From contig JAMLID010000017.1 of NCBI GenBank assembly GCA_023954355.1, positions 1,418 to 65,417 of the forward strand: a stretch of 64,000 nt of DNA, given 5' to 3'. The position numbers and the translations under genes were made by a program. Below the pieces are notes generated by a model. It was not told the origin of the DNA, ran no database searches, and worked only from the letters and a program-made list of their open reading frames with translations. The DNA comes from Oligoflexia bacterium. Its GTDB lineage: Bacteria; Bdellovibrionota; UBA1018; CAIPTA01. Positions 30,400 to 38,946 of the stretch are shown piece after piece. The stretch's first letter is position 1. Every line of letters begins with the position of its first letter.

Positions 30400-30933
30400 A
30401 TGAAAACATTTACTTATCTAACAATACTTTTTGTCGCTATTCTATCGTTAGCCGCAGATGCTCGCTTTGACTTGGCCACATCTACGAAGAGTGTGGATCA
30501 GTTTTTAAATGACCATGAGGCTACTGAATCTAAAATTTACTGTCGTACAGATATAGCCGTACAAGAGTGTAGATCTATAATTTTCTTTAAAAATAAAGCA
30601 GATGGCAGAGTATCTGATAGCTTTCAAATTGCCTTTTTTGCTCCCAGCAGACAAGTTGCCGGAACAGAACTTTTTATAAAAGAAGAAAGGGGTTCAAGAT
30701 ATGCTAGATTTGCTGACAGCAAGTTTAATGGTAAATTTGTACCTGAAGACACTGGGCAAGAATTTTTACCCATTACTAAGTCAGGCTCTAGAATCAACAT
30801 CCGTGGAATTAAATTTGGCTCTCTAACTGCCAACATAACTATAGATGATAGAAAAATACTACTTGATGGAACTCAGGATACAGAAAGTGGCCGACAAAGA
30901 GTAAATGTTGAGTACGAACGTTTTCAAAAATAG
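30400..30933 (+). CDS. Secreted hypothetical protein
   Basis: Preferred ATG is 30400 (RBS AAGGGGG; signal peptide MKTFTYLTILFVAILSLAADA). No recognised family. Confidence 0.5.
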   Translation: MKTFTYLTILFVAILSLAADARFDLATSTKSVDQFLNDHEATESKIYCRTDIAVQECRSIIFFKNKADGRVSDSFQIAFFAPSRQVAGTELFIKEERGSRYARFADSKFNGKFVPEDTGQEFLPITKSGSRINIRGIKFGSLTANITIDDRKILLDGTQDTESGRQRVNVEYERFQK

Positions 30934-30935
30934 GG

Positions 30936-31685
30936 CTAAAAAATTAACACTAACCCTTTAATGATGAATACTGTTCCTAAAGCTAAAACAAGCCAATTAC
31001 TCCAACGATAAAATGAGTTATGGCTCATTTTTTTAAGTAAATACAAACCTATATACGTCCCACTTAGGGAAAAAAACACAATTGCACTTATTGAAAACAA
31101 GGAAGGAACCCATATTCCATCAACAGTCCTAGAGGCCAAAATCATATAGTAAGTAATTTTAGTAAAATGACCTAATGTTTGGGTAAACGACTTATTTGCA
31201 ACAATCTGCTCTTTAGTTAAATTCGTTTGTAAATAAAACATATCTAAGATGGGACCAGATGCACCTGCTAGTAATTGAATAATAGTTATTACTATTCCGC
31301 ATAAGCAAGCATGAGGTTTTTTAAGTATATTTAAAGAGGTTTTCTTAGGTGCTATCCTAGAAATAAATGGGAACAACCCAATAGCGATTAGGATATAAGA
31401 GACCGGTAGACTAATAGTTAAAAAGTAGAAAATGAGAAAAACAAATATAGAACCGATCGTATAGGGCAATAAAATACTAAGTAAAATGTGTTGTCTTAAA
31501 AAAAAAGAACGCGAGCCATTCGAAACAGACTGAGCAATGCCGTGATAAATCATAGCATGAGAAACTCCCAGTTGAGTACTAAGGATTCCCATTAAAACCA
31601 TGCCACCTGCCATACCAAAAATGCCAGATAGTAAACTTGTAAAGAAAGTAGAAAGCGCCAAGAAAAAATCTAAGGATAATGGCAT
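30936..31685 (-). CDS. TauE/SafE-family (DUF81) anion exporter-like membrane protein
   Basis: 249 aa with ~7-8 TM helices. N-terminal GIFGMAGGMVLMGIL and an internal GASGPIL resemble the duplicated TauE glycine motifs. Confidence 0.6.
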   Translation of the reverse strand: MPLSLDFFLALSTFFTSLLSGIFGMAGGMVLMGILSTQLGVSHAMIYHGIAQSVSNGSRSFFLRQHILLSILLPYTIGSIFVFLIFYFLTISLPVSYILIAIGLFPFISRIAPKKTSLNILKKPHACLCGIVITIIQLLAGASGPILDMFYLQTNLTKEQIVANKSFTQTLGHFTKITYYMILASRTVDGIWVPSLFSISAIVFFSLSGTYIGLYLLKKMSHNSFYRWSNWLVLALGTVFIIKGLVLIF

Positions 31686-31706
31686 GCTCTCTTTATATGT
31701 AAGTTT

Positions 31707-32339
31707 TTATAAATTATCAATGATTTTGGCTTCTTCAGAAATCATTTCGTCTCTAAGTGTAATTAGGTTTTTTAATTGTAGCATCCAAAATTCAATGCTT
31801 GAGCGACACTTATCAACTGGTCCTTTAAATAATCTTTCGTAACACTCATTTGAAACCGCCCTCCATTTTCTTAGAGTGGTGTTACATGGATGAATACCGT
31901 TGTGAAAAGGGTGACCATATTTTTTGTCTATATCTTTAGCGTTGCTAATTCCTTGTCGAGCAAGTTCGATCCTGCTACTGATTCTTTTTTTTAAAGCATC
32001 AAAATGTATCTGATTTTCAACTTTTTCATCTTCTAAAATTTTTTCACTATTTTCTCTATAAAGTTTTTTTAGGTTTTCAATTTTTATTCGATAAGATTCT
32101 AGTTCATTTTTGTATTGCACTAGTACACGACAAATATCATAGTGATTTTTATAAAAATTAACCCCACTTGAATAACCATCAATTTGGCATTCGTTAGATT
32201 TAATATAAGTATCAAACCTAGAGGCCTGGGCTCCACAACTATAAGTAAGTGATGGCTTTCTCTCTAACAGAAAAGTATTTTCATCTGCCTGTGCAGAGAA
32301 AAAAAATACAAATAAGATCGTTACATTCCATAAAAGCAT
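31707..32339 (-). CDS. Secreted hypothetical protein (Cys-containing, coiled-coil segment)
   Basis: The track ORF extends to 32384. The internal ATG at 32339 gives the signal peptide MLLWNVTILFVFFFSAQA. No recognised family. Confidence 0.45.
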   Translation of the reverse strand: MLLWNVTILFVFFFSAQADENTFLLERKPSLTYSCGAQASRFDTYIKSNECQIDGYSSGVNFYKNHYDICRVLVQYKNELESYRIKIENLKKLYRENSEKILEDEKVENQIHFDALKKRISSRIELARQGISNAKDIDKKYGHPFHNGIHPCNTTLRKWRAVSNECYERLFKGPVDKCRSSIEFWMLQLKNLITLRDEMISEEAKIIDNL

Positions 32340-32471
32340 CCTATGCGTATCGGAATATTTAAATAAAGAATTAACATCCGACAATACCGTTATCAGTGTA
32401 ATAAAATTAATGCTTTCGAAATTTGTATGGCAAAGAATATAATGAGCTAAATCATTCCAAGGAGGGGAAGC

Positions 32472-33017
32472 ATGTTACAGCTATTCATTTTATTACTTAG
32501 TGTTCTACCGTCATTCGCCGAGGATATTCCAGCGCCACCTTATAATTGCGACTACGCATCTTATCGTTGCCCTACTGAGATGAAAAGAATAGCAGATGAA
32601 TTTAAGTATGGCTCCATGGTAGATCATCAAATGATACCTCAGGTATATAGTGGTGTATGCTACCATCATTCCAGCATGTATAACCCAACACACCCCCATT
32701 ACGGGGTAATGGTTATTGCCCAAAAAAATGATGACCTATATTTCGGTGGTAGATTTGTGTTTTTTGCTAGAGAAAATCCATATTCAAGCTGGTCGGTGGA
32801 TACTGCGCTACAAGAGCTAGGTGCACGACTTTTTGATGAGAATCACAAAATCTTATATGGGCATGAAACAAATTTTATTCGTATGAATGAACCTAAAAAT
32901 GATGAACCTTTAATTTATTATTGGTTGCGCCAAAATCTAGAAACCAGAAAAATCTACCTAATGGGGTTCATGGGAGTTAAAAATGGAATATTCTGCGAAT
33001 ATAGCGCGAACCCATGA
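32472..33017 (+). CDS. Secreted hypothetical protein
   Basis: 181 aa with signal peptide MLQLFILLLSVLPSFA. No recognised family. Confidence 0.5.
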   Translation: MLQLFILLLSVLPSFAEDIPAPPYNCDYASYRCPTEMKRIADEFKYGSMVDHQMIPQVYSGVCYHHSSMYNPTHPHYGVMVIAQKNDDLYFGGRFVFFARENPYSSWSVDTALQELGARLFDENHKILYGHETNFIRMNEPKNDEPLIYYWLRQNLETRKIYLMGFMGVKNGIFCEYSANP

Positions 33018-33127
33018 GTCAACGTCATAATTAGGGCGTGTTTTCCATTTATAAACTAATGCGAAACGCTTAAAAAAAACCCTGAGCGGTGTTGCGAATC
33101 TATTTTATTATAGATAGCTTTGTGAAG

Positions 33128-33766
33128 ATGTGCGCTCAGTATATTCTCCACAAGGTGTTTTTTTCCAACTGGAATGATGCGGCTCTATTTTTTACTAATC
33201 AATCTGATCATATAAGAATTCTTCCCGGCTCACATGCCCCAGTCCTGACAAGAGCCGGCATACAAATTATGAGATATGGGTTGGTGCCTCACTGGTCCAC
33301 AACAAACACGCCGAAATTTGCCACATATAATGCAAGAATTGAAACGGTAGAAAAAAAACCCAGCTGGAAGATACCCTTCGAAAAATTTCATTGCATTGTT
33401 CCTATTACTGGATTTGTAGAACCTATTTATGAAAACTACTGGGCTGGTCATATGGTCGAGTTTTTTGGGACAAGTATTTTATATGCTGCAGGCGTTTATG
33501 ACCAATGGGTAGATCAATCAAACGGTGAGGTCTTAGAAAGCTTTGCTATCTTGATGGATCAGCCCAATGAATATATTTCATCCATTGGACATGACAGAAT
33601 GCCTATATTTCTAAAAAAAGAAGACGCTATATGTTGGAAAAACAGTATTTTTCCTTCTTCAAAAGAAGCTAAAAGTTTTTTGCTAAAACATAAAATGGAT
33701 CCTCTTTTGGATACTAGGATCGACAGACCCTTGAAGCAGGGGTGGCAAAAAAACAAAAACTTATAA
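33128..33766 (+). CDS. SOS-response-associated peptidase (SRAP/YedK, abasic-site processing protein)
   Basis: The internal ATG at 33128 yields MCAQY..., placing the obligatory catalytic Cys at position 2. Downstream YNARIETVEKKPSWK...FHCIVPITGFVEP and HDRMPIFL match SRAP-conserved blocks. The track start 33089 adds 13 non-family residues. Confidence 0.8.
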   Translation: MCAQYILHKVFFSNWNDAALFFTNQSDHIRILPGSHAPVLTRAGIQIMRYGLVPHWSTTNTPKFATYNARIETVEKKPSWKIPFEKFHCIVPITGFVEPIYENYWAGHMVEFFGTSILYAAGVYDQWVDQSNGEVLESFAILMDQPNEYISSIGHDRMPIFLKKEDAICWKNSIFPSSKEAKSFLLKHKMDPLLDTRIDRPLKQGWQKNKNL

Positions 33767-33860
33767 GACCATGTAATAAACTCTCAAAACCAGAGCTGCA
33801 TACACGTGTATTCAAAGCATCAAACGGATTATCAAGAATAAATTAGGGAGTTTTTACGTA

Positions 33861-33889
33861 TTGACTCGTCTTATTGCTAAGTTTAGGAT
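33861..33889 (+). promoter_or_regulatory. Candidate sigma70-type promoter
   Basis: TTGACT (33861..33866), a 17-nt spacer, then TAGGAT (33884..33889). It lies 40 nt upstream of the 33929 start. Confidence 0.3.
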
Positions 33890-33928
33890 CGTGTCGCTTG
33901 TTAGAAATTTATAAGGGGGGATATTAAT

Positions 33929-34612
33929 ATGAAAAAAATTTTACAATTTTCTATATTTGTAGCTATTGCATCTAGCGTAAGTTTAACTACATACGCCTTT
34001 GATCAAAAGTACTATGATTTATCGGATGCTGTTATAACTGAAGAAGCACCAACTGCGGAAGACATCTATTCTAGTATGATTGAGCCAAAAGCTATTGAAA
34101 CCTTAAGTCCTAGTGATTTAGCGGCAGTAGATTGGAACCAAATCATTCTTATCGGTCAAAAAATTATTGAAATCATCAAAGCAAATGCTCCTGTAGTGAA
34201 TATTAAAAGAGATGCAGTTTCTGCTTTACCTCTAGGCATCACTGATTGGCAGACATTGAATGGCTGGCAACTACCAGTTACCAAGGTTTATCGTGTTCGT
34301 ATGCAAAACGCTTATGGAATGGATATGGTTAATATTCGTTTAAAAGTGTCTGCTATGCATGGGGGCTCATTAAATAGCAAAGGTAAATACTTAGCGAACG
34401 TTATTATTGTACCTACTGAAATTAATGTAAAATGGGGTATTACTCTTAATTTATGGAGTGAAAATCGCGAGCCAGTAAACATGAATACCTCTGAAAACCC
34501 TATCGCAGGATTAGGTTTTGATGTTCGATATCAGGCAAAATCATGGGTTACAGAAATTAACGGCACAAAGGATTACTTTGTTACTGGTGAAGGCCAAATT
34601 CACGAACCTTAA
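33929..34612 (+). CDS. Secreted hypothetical protein
   Basis: 227 aa with RBS AAGGGGGG and signal peptide MKKILQFSIFVAIASSVSLTTYA. No recognised family. Confidence 0.55.
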   Translation: MKKILQFSIFVAIASSVSLTTYAFDQKYYDLSDAVITEEAPTAEDIYSSMIEPKAIETLSPSDLAAVDWNQIILIGQKIIEIIKANAPVVNIKRDAVSALPLGITDWQTLNGWQLPVTKVYRVRMQNAYGMDMVNIRLKVSAMHGGSLNSKGKYLANVIIVPTEINVKWGITLNLWSENREPVNMNTSENPIAGLGFDVRYQAKSWVTEINGTKDYFVTGEGQIHEP

Positions 34613-34760
34613 TCTAATTTAATATAAAGGTGCTATCTAAACGCGTTATATGTAGTGGGTAGCACTTTTATATTCTTTGTCATTACTATCTAAAAAATTC
34701 AGCAAAAGAATTGATTCGTAAAGTGTCCTACATTATATCTTTTTCTGAAAAGGAAAAACT

Positions 34761-35735
34761 ATGTCTGGACCAATTAGCAATTTCATTAACCACCATTACC
34801 GTCACTTTAATTCTGCCACGTTAAAAGATGCTTCAGTTGCCTACAAGGCTCACTTAGATAAGGGTGGAAAGATGCTAGTCACCTTGGCTGGAGCCATGAG
34901 CTCAGGTGAGCTAGGTTTGTCTCTAGCCGAAATGATTCGGCAAGATAAAGTTCATGCGATTAGCTGTACGGGTGCTAACTTAGAAGAAGACGTATATAAT
35001 CTTGTAGCTCACGAACATTATGAGCGAATCCCGAATTATAGAGATTTAACAAAAGAGCAAGAAGTTGCTCTTCTTGACAGGCACTTAAATAGAGTAACCG
35101 ATACCTGTATTCCAGAAGAAGAGGCTATTCGTAGAATCGAAGGTGCAATTATAGAAGAATGGACAAAAGCAGATCGTGCAGGAGAAAGCTATTTTCCTCA
35201 TGAATATATGTATAAAATTCTTCGTTCAGGAGCCTTAAAAAAGCATTATCAGATTGACCCTAAAGATAGTTGGTTAATGGCTGCCGCTGAAAAAAATCTT
35301 CCTATGGTAGTTCCAGGCTGGGAAGATTCTACGACAGGTAATATTTTTGCTGGCCACTGCATTAAAGGCAACATCAAGAATCCAGGCACCGTAAAAGGGG
35401 GAATCCCTTATATGATGGAATGGGCAAAATGGTACCAAGAAGAAAGTAAGAAATACGATATTGGCTTTTTTCAAATTGGTGGAGGCATCGCGGGAGATTT
35501 TCCTATTTGCGTAGTTCCTATGCTTCATCAAGACTTAGAGTACGAAGAAGTAAAAGTGTGGAGTTATTTTTGCCAAATCAGCGACTCTACAACATCTTAT
35601 GGCTCCTATTCAGGTGCTGTACCAAATGAAAAAATCACTTGGGGGAAGCTAGCTGTAGATACACCAAGCTATATTATAGAGTCCGATGCAACTATTGTTG
35701 CGCCTCTCATGTTTGCCTACATTCTTGATTGGTAA
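34761..35735 (+). CDS. Deoxyhypusine synthase-family protein (DHS-like NAD-dependent aminobutyl transferase)
   Basis: TLAGAMSSGELG, AISCTGANLEEDV and FFQIGGGIAGDFP are collinear with conserved DHS-family blocks. Length 324 aa. Confidence 0.8.
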   Translation: MSGPISNFINHHYRHFNSATLKDASVAYKAHLDKGGKMLVTLAGAMSSGELGLSLAEMIRQDKVHAISCTGANLEEDVYNLVAHEHYERIPNYRDLTKEQEVALLDRHLNRVTDTCIPEEEAIRRIEGAIIEEWTKADRAGESYFPHEYMYKILRSGALKKHYQIDPKDSWLMAAAEKNLPMVVPGWEDSTTGNIFAGHCIKGNIKNPGTVKGGIPYMMEWAKWYQEESKKYDIGFFQIGGGIAGDFPICVVPMLHQDLEYEEVKVWSYFCQISDSTTSYGSYSGAVPNEKITWGKLAVDTPSYIIESDATIVAPLMFAYILDW

Positions 35736-35829
35736 AACATTCATATAATCAAATAGATAAAGCTTTTCCTTAATTGATCAGCTTCAGTTCTTGACGAATG
35801 AGGTACAACCTCAATACACTCAATTTGGG

Positions 35830-36978
35830 ATGAAAAATGTACTAAAATCTTTTGCTGTTATGATGGTAGTTCTTCTTTCTTTGTTCTTACTTAGAACCAA
35901 AGAAAAAGAGATAGACTCTAGTTGGAATATCTACCAATCCTCTACGATGAAACGCTTAACTAGTAGTGAGCAAGATTTCACCCAAGTAATAGACAAAATT
36001 GTAAAAGAAGAACAGCCACAAGAAATATGGTCGTCAGAAGAATTTAAGCAACGACTATCAGAAGCATTCTCTATGAATGATCCGTGCTTGGTAGAGTCTA
36101 TTTTAGAAGAAAAGCATCCGGTAGCTGATTCAGAAATATGGTCAGTAGGTAATAGCCTGCTATTTAATAGTACCGATGGGGCCTTGGACCGATTGTTTTC
36201 TCATGCAAAATCACCTTTATATGGCTCAGCCATAGAGGATAGTGAAGACTCTACCATTCAGTATTTCAACGCTCTGCTTTATATGGATCGCCTAAAGGGA
36301 CTTCCTTCTGATGCGAACCCTCTAAGAAGCTATGCTAAAGCGAAAGATATTTTTTCCTCTTTGGCAGAAAAAGATCCCACTAATGGAATTTATAACTTCT
36401 ATTTAGCTCAAGCGCTAAAAATTACTGGAGCTGAAAAACGAGAAGTTGATAATGCCTTTATTTATTCGGCGAACGCGAAAAACTTTGACCCTATCTATCA
36501 AAGTATCTTTGACCAATACATGAAAAGATCTATGGATAATGTGGCTAAGTTTGCATGGGCAGTTCGCTTTTTACAAAAAGCAGCTTTTCCCGACTTTCAA
36601 TACGGCGCAAGAGTGCTTTCGAATTGGGCTAAAGAAAGTGATACAGGCAAATGGATTGCGAGAAGAATTTCTAATCGATTAGTTTCAATAGGCGAGAAGT
36701 ACAGAGCAGATAGCCCTGGATACTTATATTCCTACCAAGAGTACCTTATTGGAACAGATTTAAAATTATCTGTGGCCGGATTGAAAGAAAAATCATGGTC
36801 AGATTATGCTGAAAAAATGCAAGAAGCTCGTGAACTTATTTCAAAAAGAGACAATAACGTATTAGATGCAGAATCTGCCCTCTATTCTTCTTGGTTAATA
36901 GAAGGGCAGGGTGGTTGTAGTAAAGCCGTGTGGAACAATCTTTTAAAGACCTACGCCTTAAAAACGACTGCTCTTTAG
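35830..36978 (+). CDS. Membrane-anchored hypothetical protein (helical, TPR-like composition)
   Basis: Preferred ATG is 35830 (MKNVLKSFAVMMVVLLSLFLL). The track starts at TTG 35791. No recognised catalytic motif. Confidence 0.45.
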   Translation: MKNVLKSFAVMMVVLLSLFLLRTKEKEIDSSWNIYQSSTMKRLTSSEQDFTQVIDKIVKEEQPQEIWSSEEFKQRLSEAFSMNDPCLVESILEEKHPVADSEIWSVGNSLLFNSTDGALDRLFSHAKSPLYGSAIEDSEDSTIQYFNALLYMDRLKGLPSDANPLRSYAKAKDIFSSLAEKDPTNGIYNFYLAQALKITGAEKREVDNAFIYSANAKNFDPIYQSIFDQYMKRSMDNVAKFAWAVRFLQKAAFPDFQYGARVLSNWAKESDTGKWIARRISNRLVSIGEKYRADSPGYLYSYQEYLIGTDLKLSVAGLKEKSWSDYAEKMQEARELISKRDNNVLDAESALYSSWLIEGQGGCSKAVWNNLLKTYALKTTAL

Positions 36979-37472
36979 CCAGCAACTTCCATAAAAGAAT
37001 TTAGCTTTTTTTCTGCCGAATGAGATCCAAAGTAAATAGATCTATGGATCCATTTTCCAATCAAAGGGGCCTTGGTTAATAAAAAAGTTCTCGTTTTCCC
37101 AAAGAAACTTAAACGCGCGATTCTTCTTAAATCGGCATCGCTCCAATCACCGCCTTCAATCACCACCACGGGAAAGCACTCTTCATTAAGTACTGAAAAC
37201 GCCGCCCATTTGCTTTCTTCTTCTCCACTAATAAAAAGAACTCTAGAGCGATCAAATTGATATTTTTCTATGGAGGGAGATATTTTTTTATTTTTTGTCA
37301 CCCAAGCCACCACTAGATCAGAATTATCTTCTAAACACTGGGCCATGATTTGCTCTACATTATCTCCACATAAGTTAATAACTTGCCCTCCGCTAACCTC
37401 TAATACATTATCATTGTTGATTTTAGTTTCTCTCATATTGTTTTTAGACAATAGTCCATTACTGCCGATCAT
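36975..37472 (-). CDS. SulA/ImuA-like SOS protein (candidate cell-division inhibitor) co-transcribed with lexA
   Basis: 165 aa, starting 39 nt downstream of the lexA stop. The segments VVAWVTKNKKISPS...RVLFISG...FPVVVIEGGDWSDADLRRI parallel the E. coli SulA blocks WQLWLTPQQKLSREW...KVMQIS...YSVVIGWLADDLTEEE. Similarity is weak, judged by eye. Confidence 0.4.
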   Translation of the reverse strand: MIGSNGLLSKNNMRETKINNDNVLEVSGGQVINLCGDNVEQIMAQCLEDNSDLVVAWVTKNKKISPSIEKYQFDRSRVLFISGEEESKWAAFSVLNEECFPVVVIEGGDWSDADLRRIARLSFFGKTRTFLLTKAPLIGKWIHRSIYFGSHSAEKKLNSFMEVAG

Positions 37473-37511
37473 CGACTGTTCCCCTTTCTTTATTATTTAT
37501 AAAAATTTTTA

Positions 37512-38111
37512 TTAACGAGTGCTGTGCAGATTCCGCAGCACCCCTGTTAGTACTCCTTCGATGCGAAAATCCGCTTCAGGGAGTACCACCAGGGGTGCGT
37601 ACTTAGGATTGGCTGCGTGTAATTCAATTTTATTTCTTTTACGAATCATCTTCTTTAAGGTCGATTCACCAGAGATAGAAGCTACGACTATAGAACCATC
37701 AGATGCGTGATCTTGTTTGCGAACAACAGCATAGTCTCCGCTCAGAATACCTTCATTGATCATAGAATCACCATCAACAATAAGACAAAAGTGATCAGCA
37801 TCAACTTGAATAAAAGAAGAGGGTACTTCAACAAACTCTTGGTGAATATGATATTCAATAGGTCGTCCTGCAGCGACTCTACCTAAGAGGGGTAAGTGTA
37901 TGCCCGACTGTTTAACGCTTACAGACCTTTTGGCATTTGTTTCAGAGTCAAGAAATCCACTTTCTCGTAAGCGCTCCACATATTTTTGGGCCGTACTTCG
38001 AGAAGAAAAACCAAATGCATTAGCAATTTCTTGATATGAAGGTGCGTAACCATTCTCATGAATAAATTTTTGTAAAAATTCTAATACGAGCTTTTGTTTA
38101 GGAGTGATCAT
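37512..38111 (-). CDS. lexA: LexA repressor
   Basis: Winged HTH (SYQEIANAFGFSSRSTAQKYVERL), the Ala-Gly cleavage site VAAGRPI, and the S24 peptidase Ser (GDSM) and Lys (LKKM). I prefer ATG 38111 (MITPKQKL...). The track's 17-codon extension covers the candidate operators. Confidence 0.9.
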   Translation of the reverse strand: MITPKQKLVLEFLQKFIHENGYAPSYQEIANAFGFSSRSTAQKYVERLRESGFLDSETNAKRSVSVKQSGIHLPLLGRVAAGRPIEYHIHQEFVEVPSSFIQVDADHFCLIVDGDSMINEGILSGDYAVVRKQDHASDGSIVVASISGESTLKKMIRKRNKIELHAANPKYAPLVVLPEADFRIEGVLTGVLRNLHSTR

Positions 38112-38123
38112 AAATCTATGATG

Positions 38124-38141
38124 TAGTACATTTTTCGTACA
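38124..38141. promoter_or_regulatory. Candidate LexA operator, copy 1 (GTAC-N7-GTAC)
   Basis: TAGTACATTTTTCGTACA, 13 nt upstream of the preferred lexA ATG. It is an exact 18-nt duplicate of copy 2. Confidence 0.45.
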
Positions 38142-38154
38142 GTCAATAGAAAAA

Positions 38155-38172
38155 TAGTACATTTTTCGTACA
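38155..38172. promoter_or_regulatory. Candidate LexA operator, copy 2 (GTAC-N7-GTAC)
   Basis: An identical 18-mer TAGTACATTTTTCGTACA, 31 nt from copy 1, in the lexA/38287 divergent intergenic region. Confidence 0.45.
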
Positions 38173-38286
38173 CCTAAAGCCGTGTGTGACCTTAGCTGTC
38201 ATAAACGTAAGTGCTTATATTTCATTAACTTTTTCTTAAAAAGCTTTTTTTCGCACTTCGTTCATGGATTTGTTACTCTTTTTTTT

Positions 38287-38946
38287 ATGGACGTTAAAAC
38301 AATTCTATCTTTAAGGGTTCCGCAACTTTTAGAAAAGGCCGCAGATCATTCTAAACTAGCACGACTATCCGATGCAGAAGACGCCATTCAAGAGATACTT
38401 AGACAGTGGAGTCTTTACGAAAGCGAAGTAGAGACAACTTTTAAAATTTTTTTAGAAGCATGGTTAGAAGAAGTCCAAAACTGTAAAGACCTTACTCAAG
38501 AAACAGAAGAAGACGAATCAGTAGATGTCTCATCGCTTCTTCCTTGGGCAAATGCCGCATATAAAATTGCTAAGCGGATTAAAGATGAAAGTGATCAAAG
38601 CACATTACTTCAGGGAATATGGAAAGTTCGCTATCCTTCAATACTACCAATTCTTAGATTAGGATTAGTGCTTTGTGGAGTTTTAGCTATTCCCATAGGG
38701 CTTGGAATTTTTTTATGGATTATTTATAACTTACTTTTTGGTTTTTCTGATTCATTTACCCAATCAGGGCCAGAACCTTTTAGACAAGGAATTTTATTAT
38801 TTTTACGAATTATGGGTGGGTTAGCATGGTCGATATGTTTACAGTTTTTTGGATACAAATGGCTGCAAAAAGGAATTTCAGGAAAAAATCTAGAGCAACC
38901 TATTTATGAGTTCAACCAAGAAAAGGGCACCGATTCACCCAATTAA
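38287..38946 (+). CDS. Hypothetical membrane protein
   Basis: Preferred ATG is 38287 (MDVKTILSL...). It has an acidic soluble N-domain and then 3-4 TM helices. No recognised family. Confidence 0.45.
   Translation: MDVKTILSLRVPQLLEKAADHSKLARLSDAEDAIQEILRQWSLYESEVETTFKIFLEAWLEEVQNCKDLTQETEEDESVDVSSLLPWANAAYKIAKRIKDESDQSTLLQGIWKVRYPSILPILRLGLVLCGVLAIPIGLGIFLWIIYNLLFGFSDSFTQSGPEPFRQGILLFLRIMGGLAWSICLQFFGYKWLQKGISGKNLEQPIYEFNQEKGTDSPN

Noticed and set aside
34628-34672. Possible terminator hairpin after the 33929..34612 gene (AAGGTGCTA...TAGCACTT followed by TTTATATT)
   Set aside because: The stem has a bulge and a ~24-nt loop, which is too weak to list as a feature.
38112-38162. 17-codon N-terminal extension of the lexA ORF (MYYFSIDCTKNVLHHRF)
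   Set aside because: The extension is not LexA-like, LexA families start at the winged helix (MITPKQKL...), and the extension is occupied by the duplicated candidate operator.
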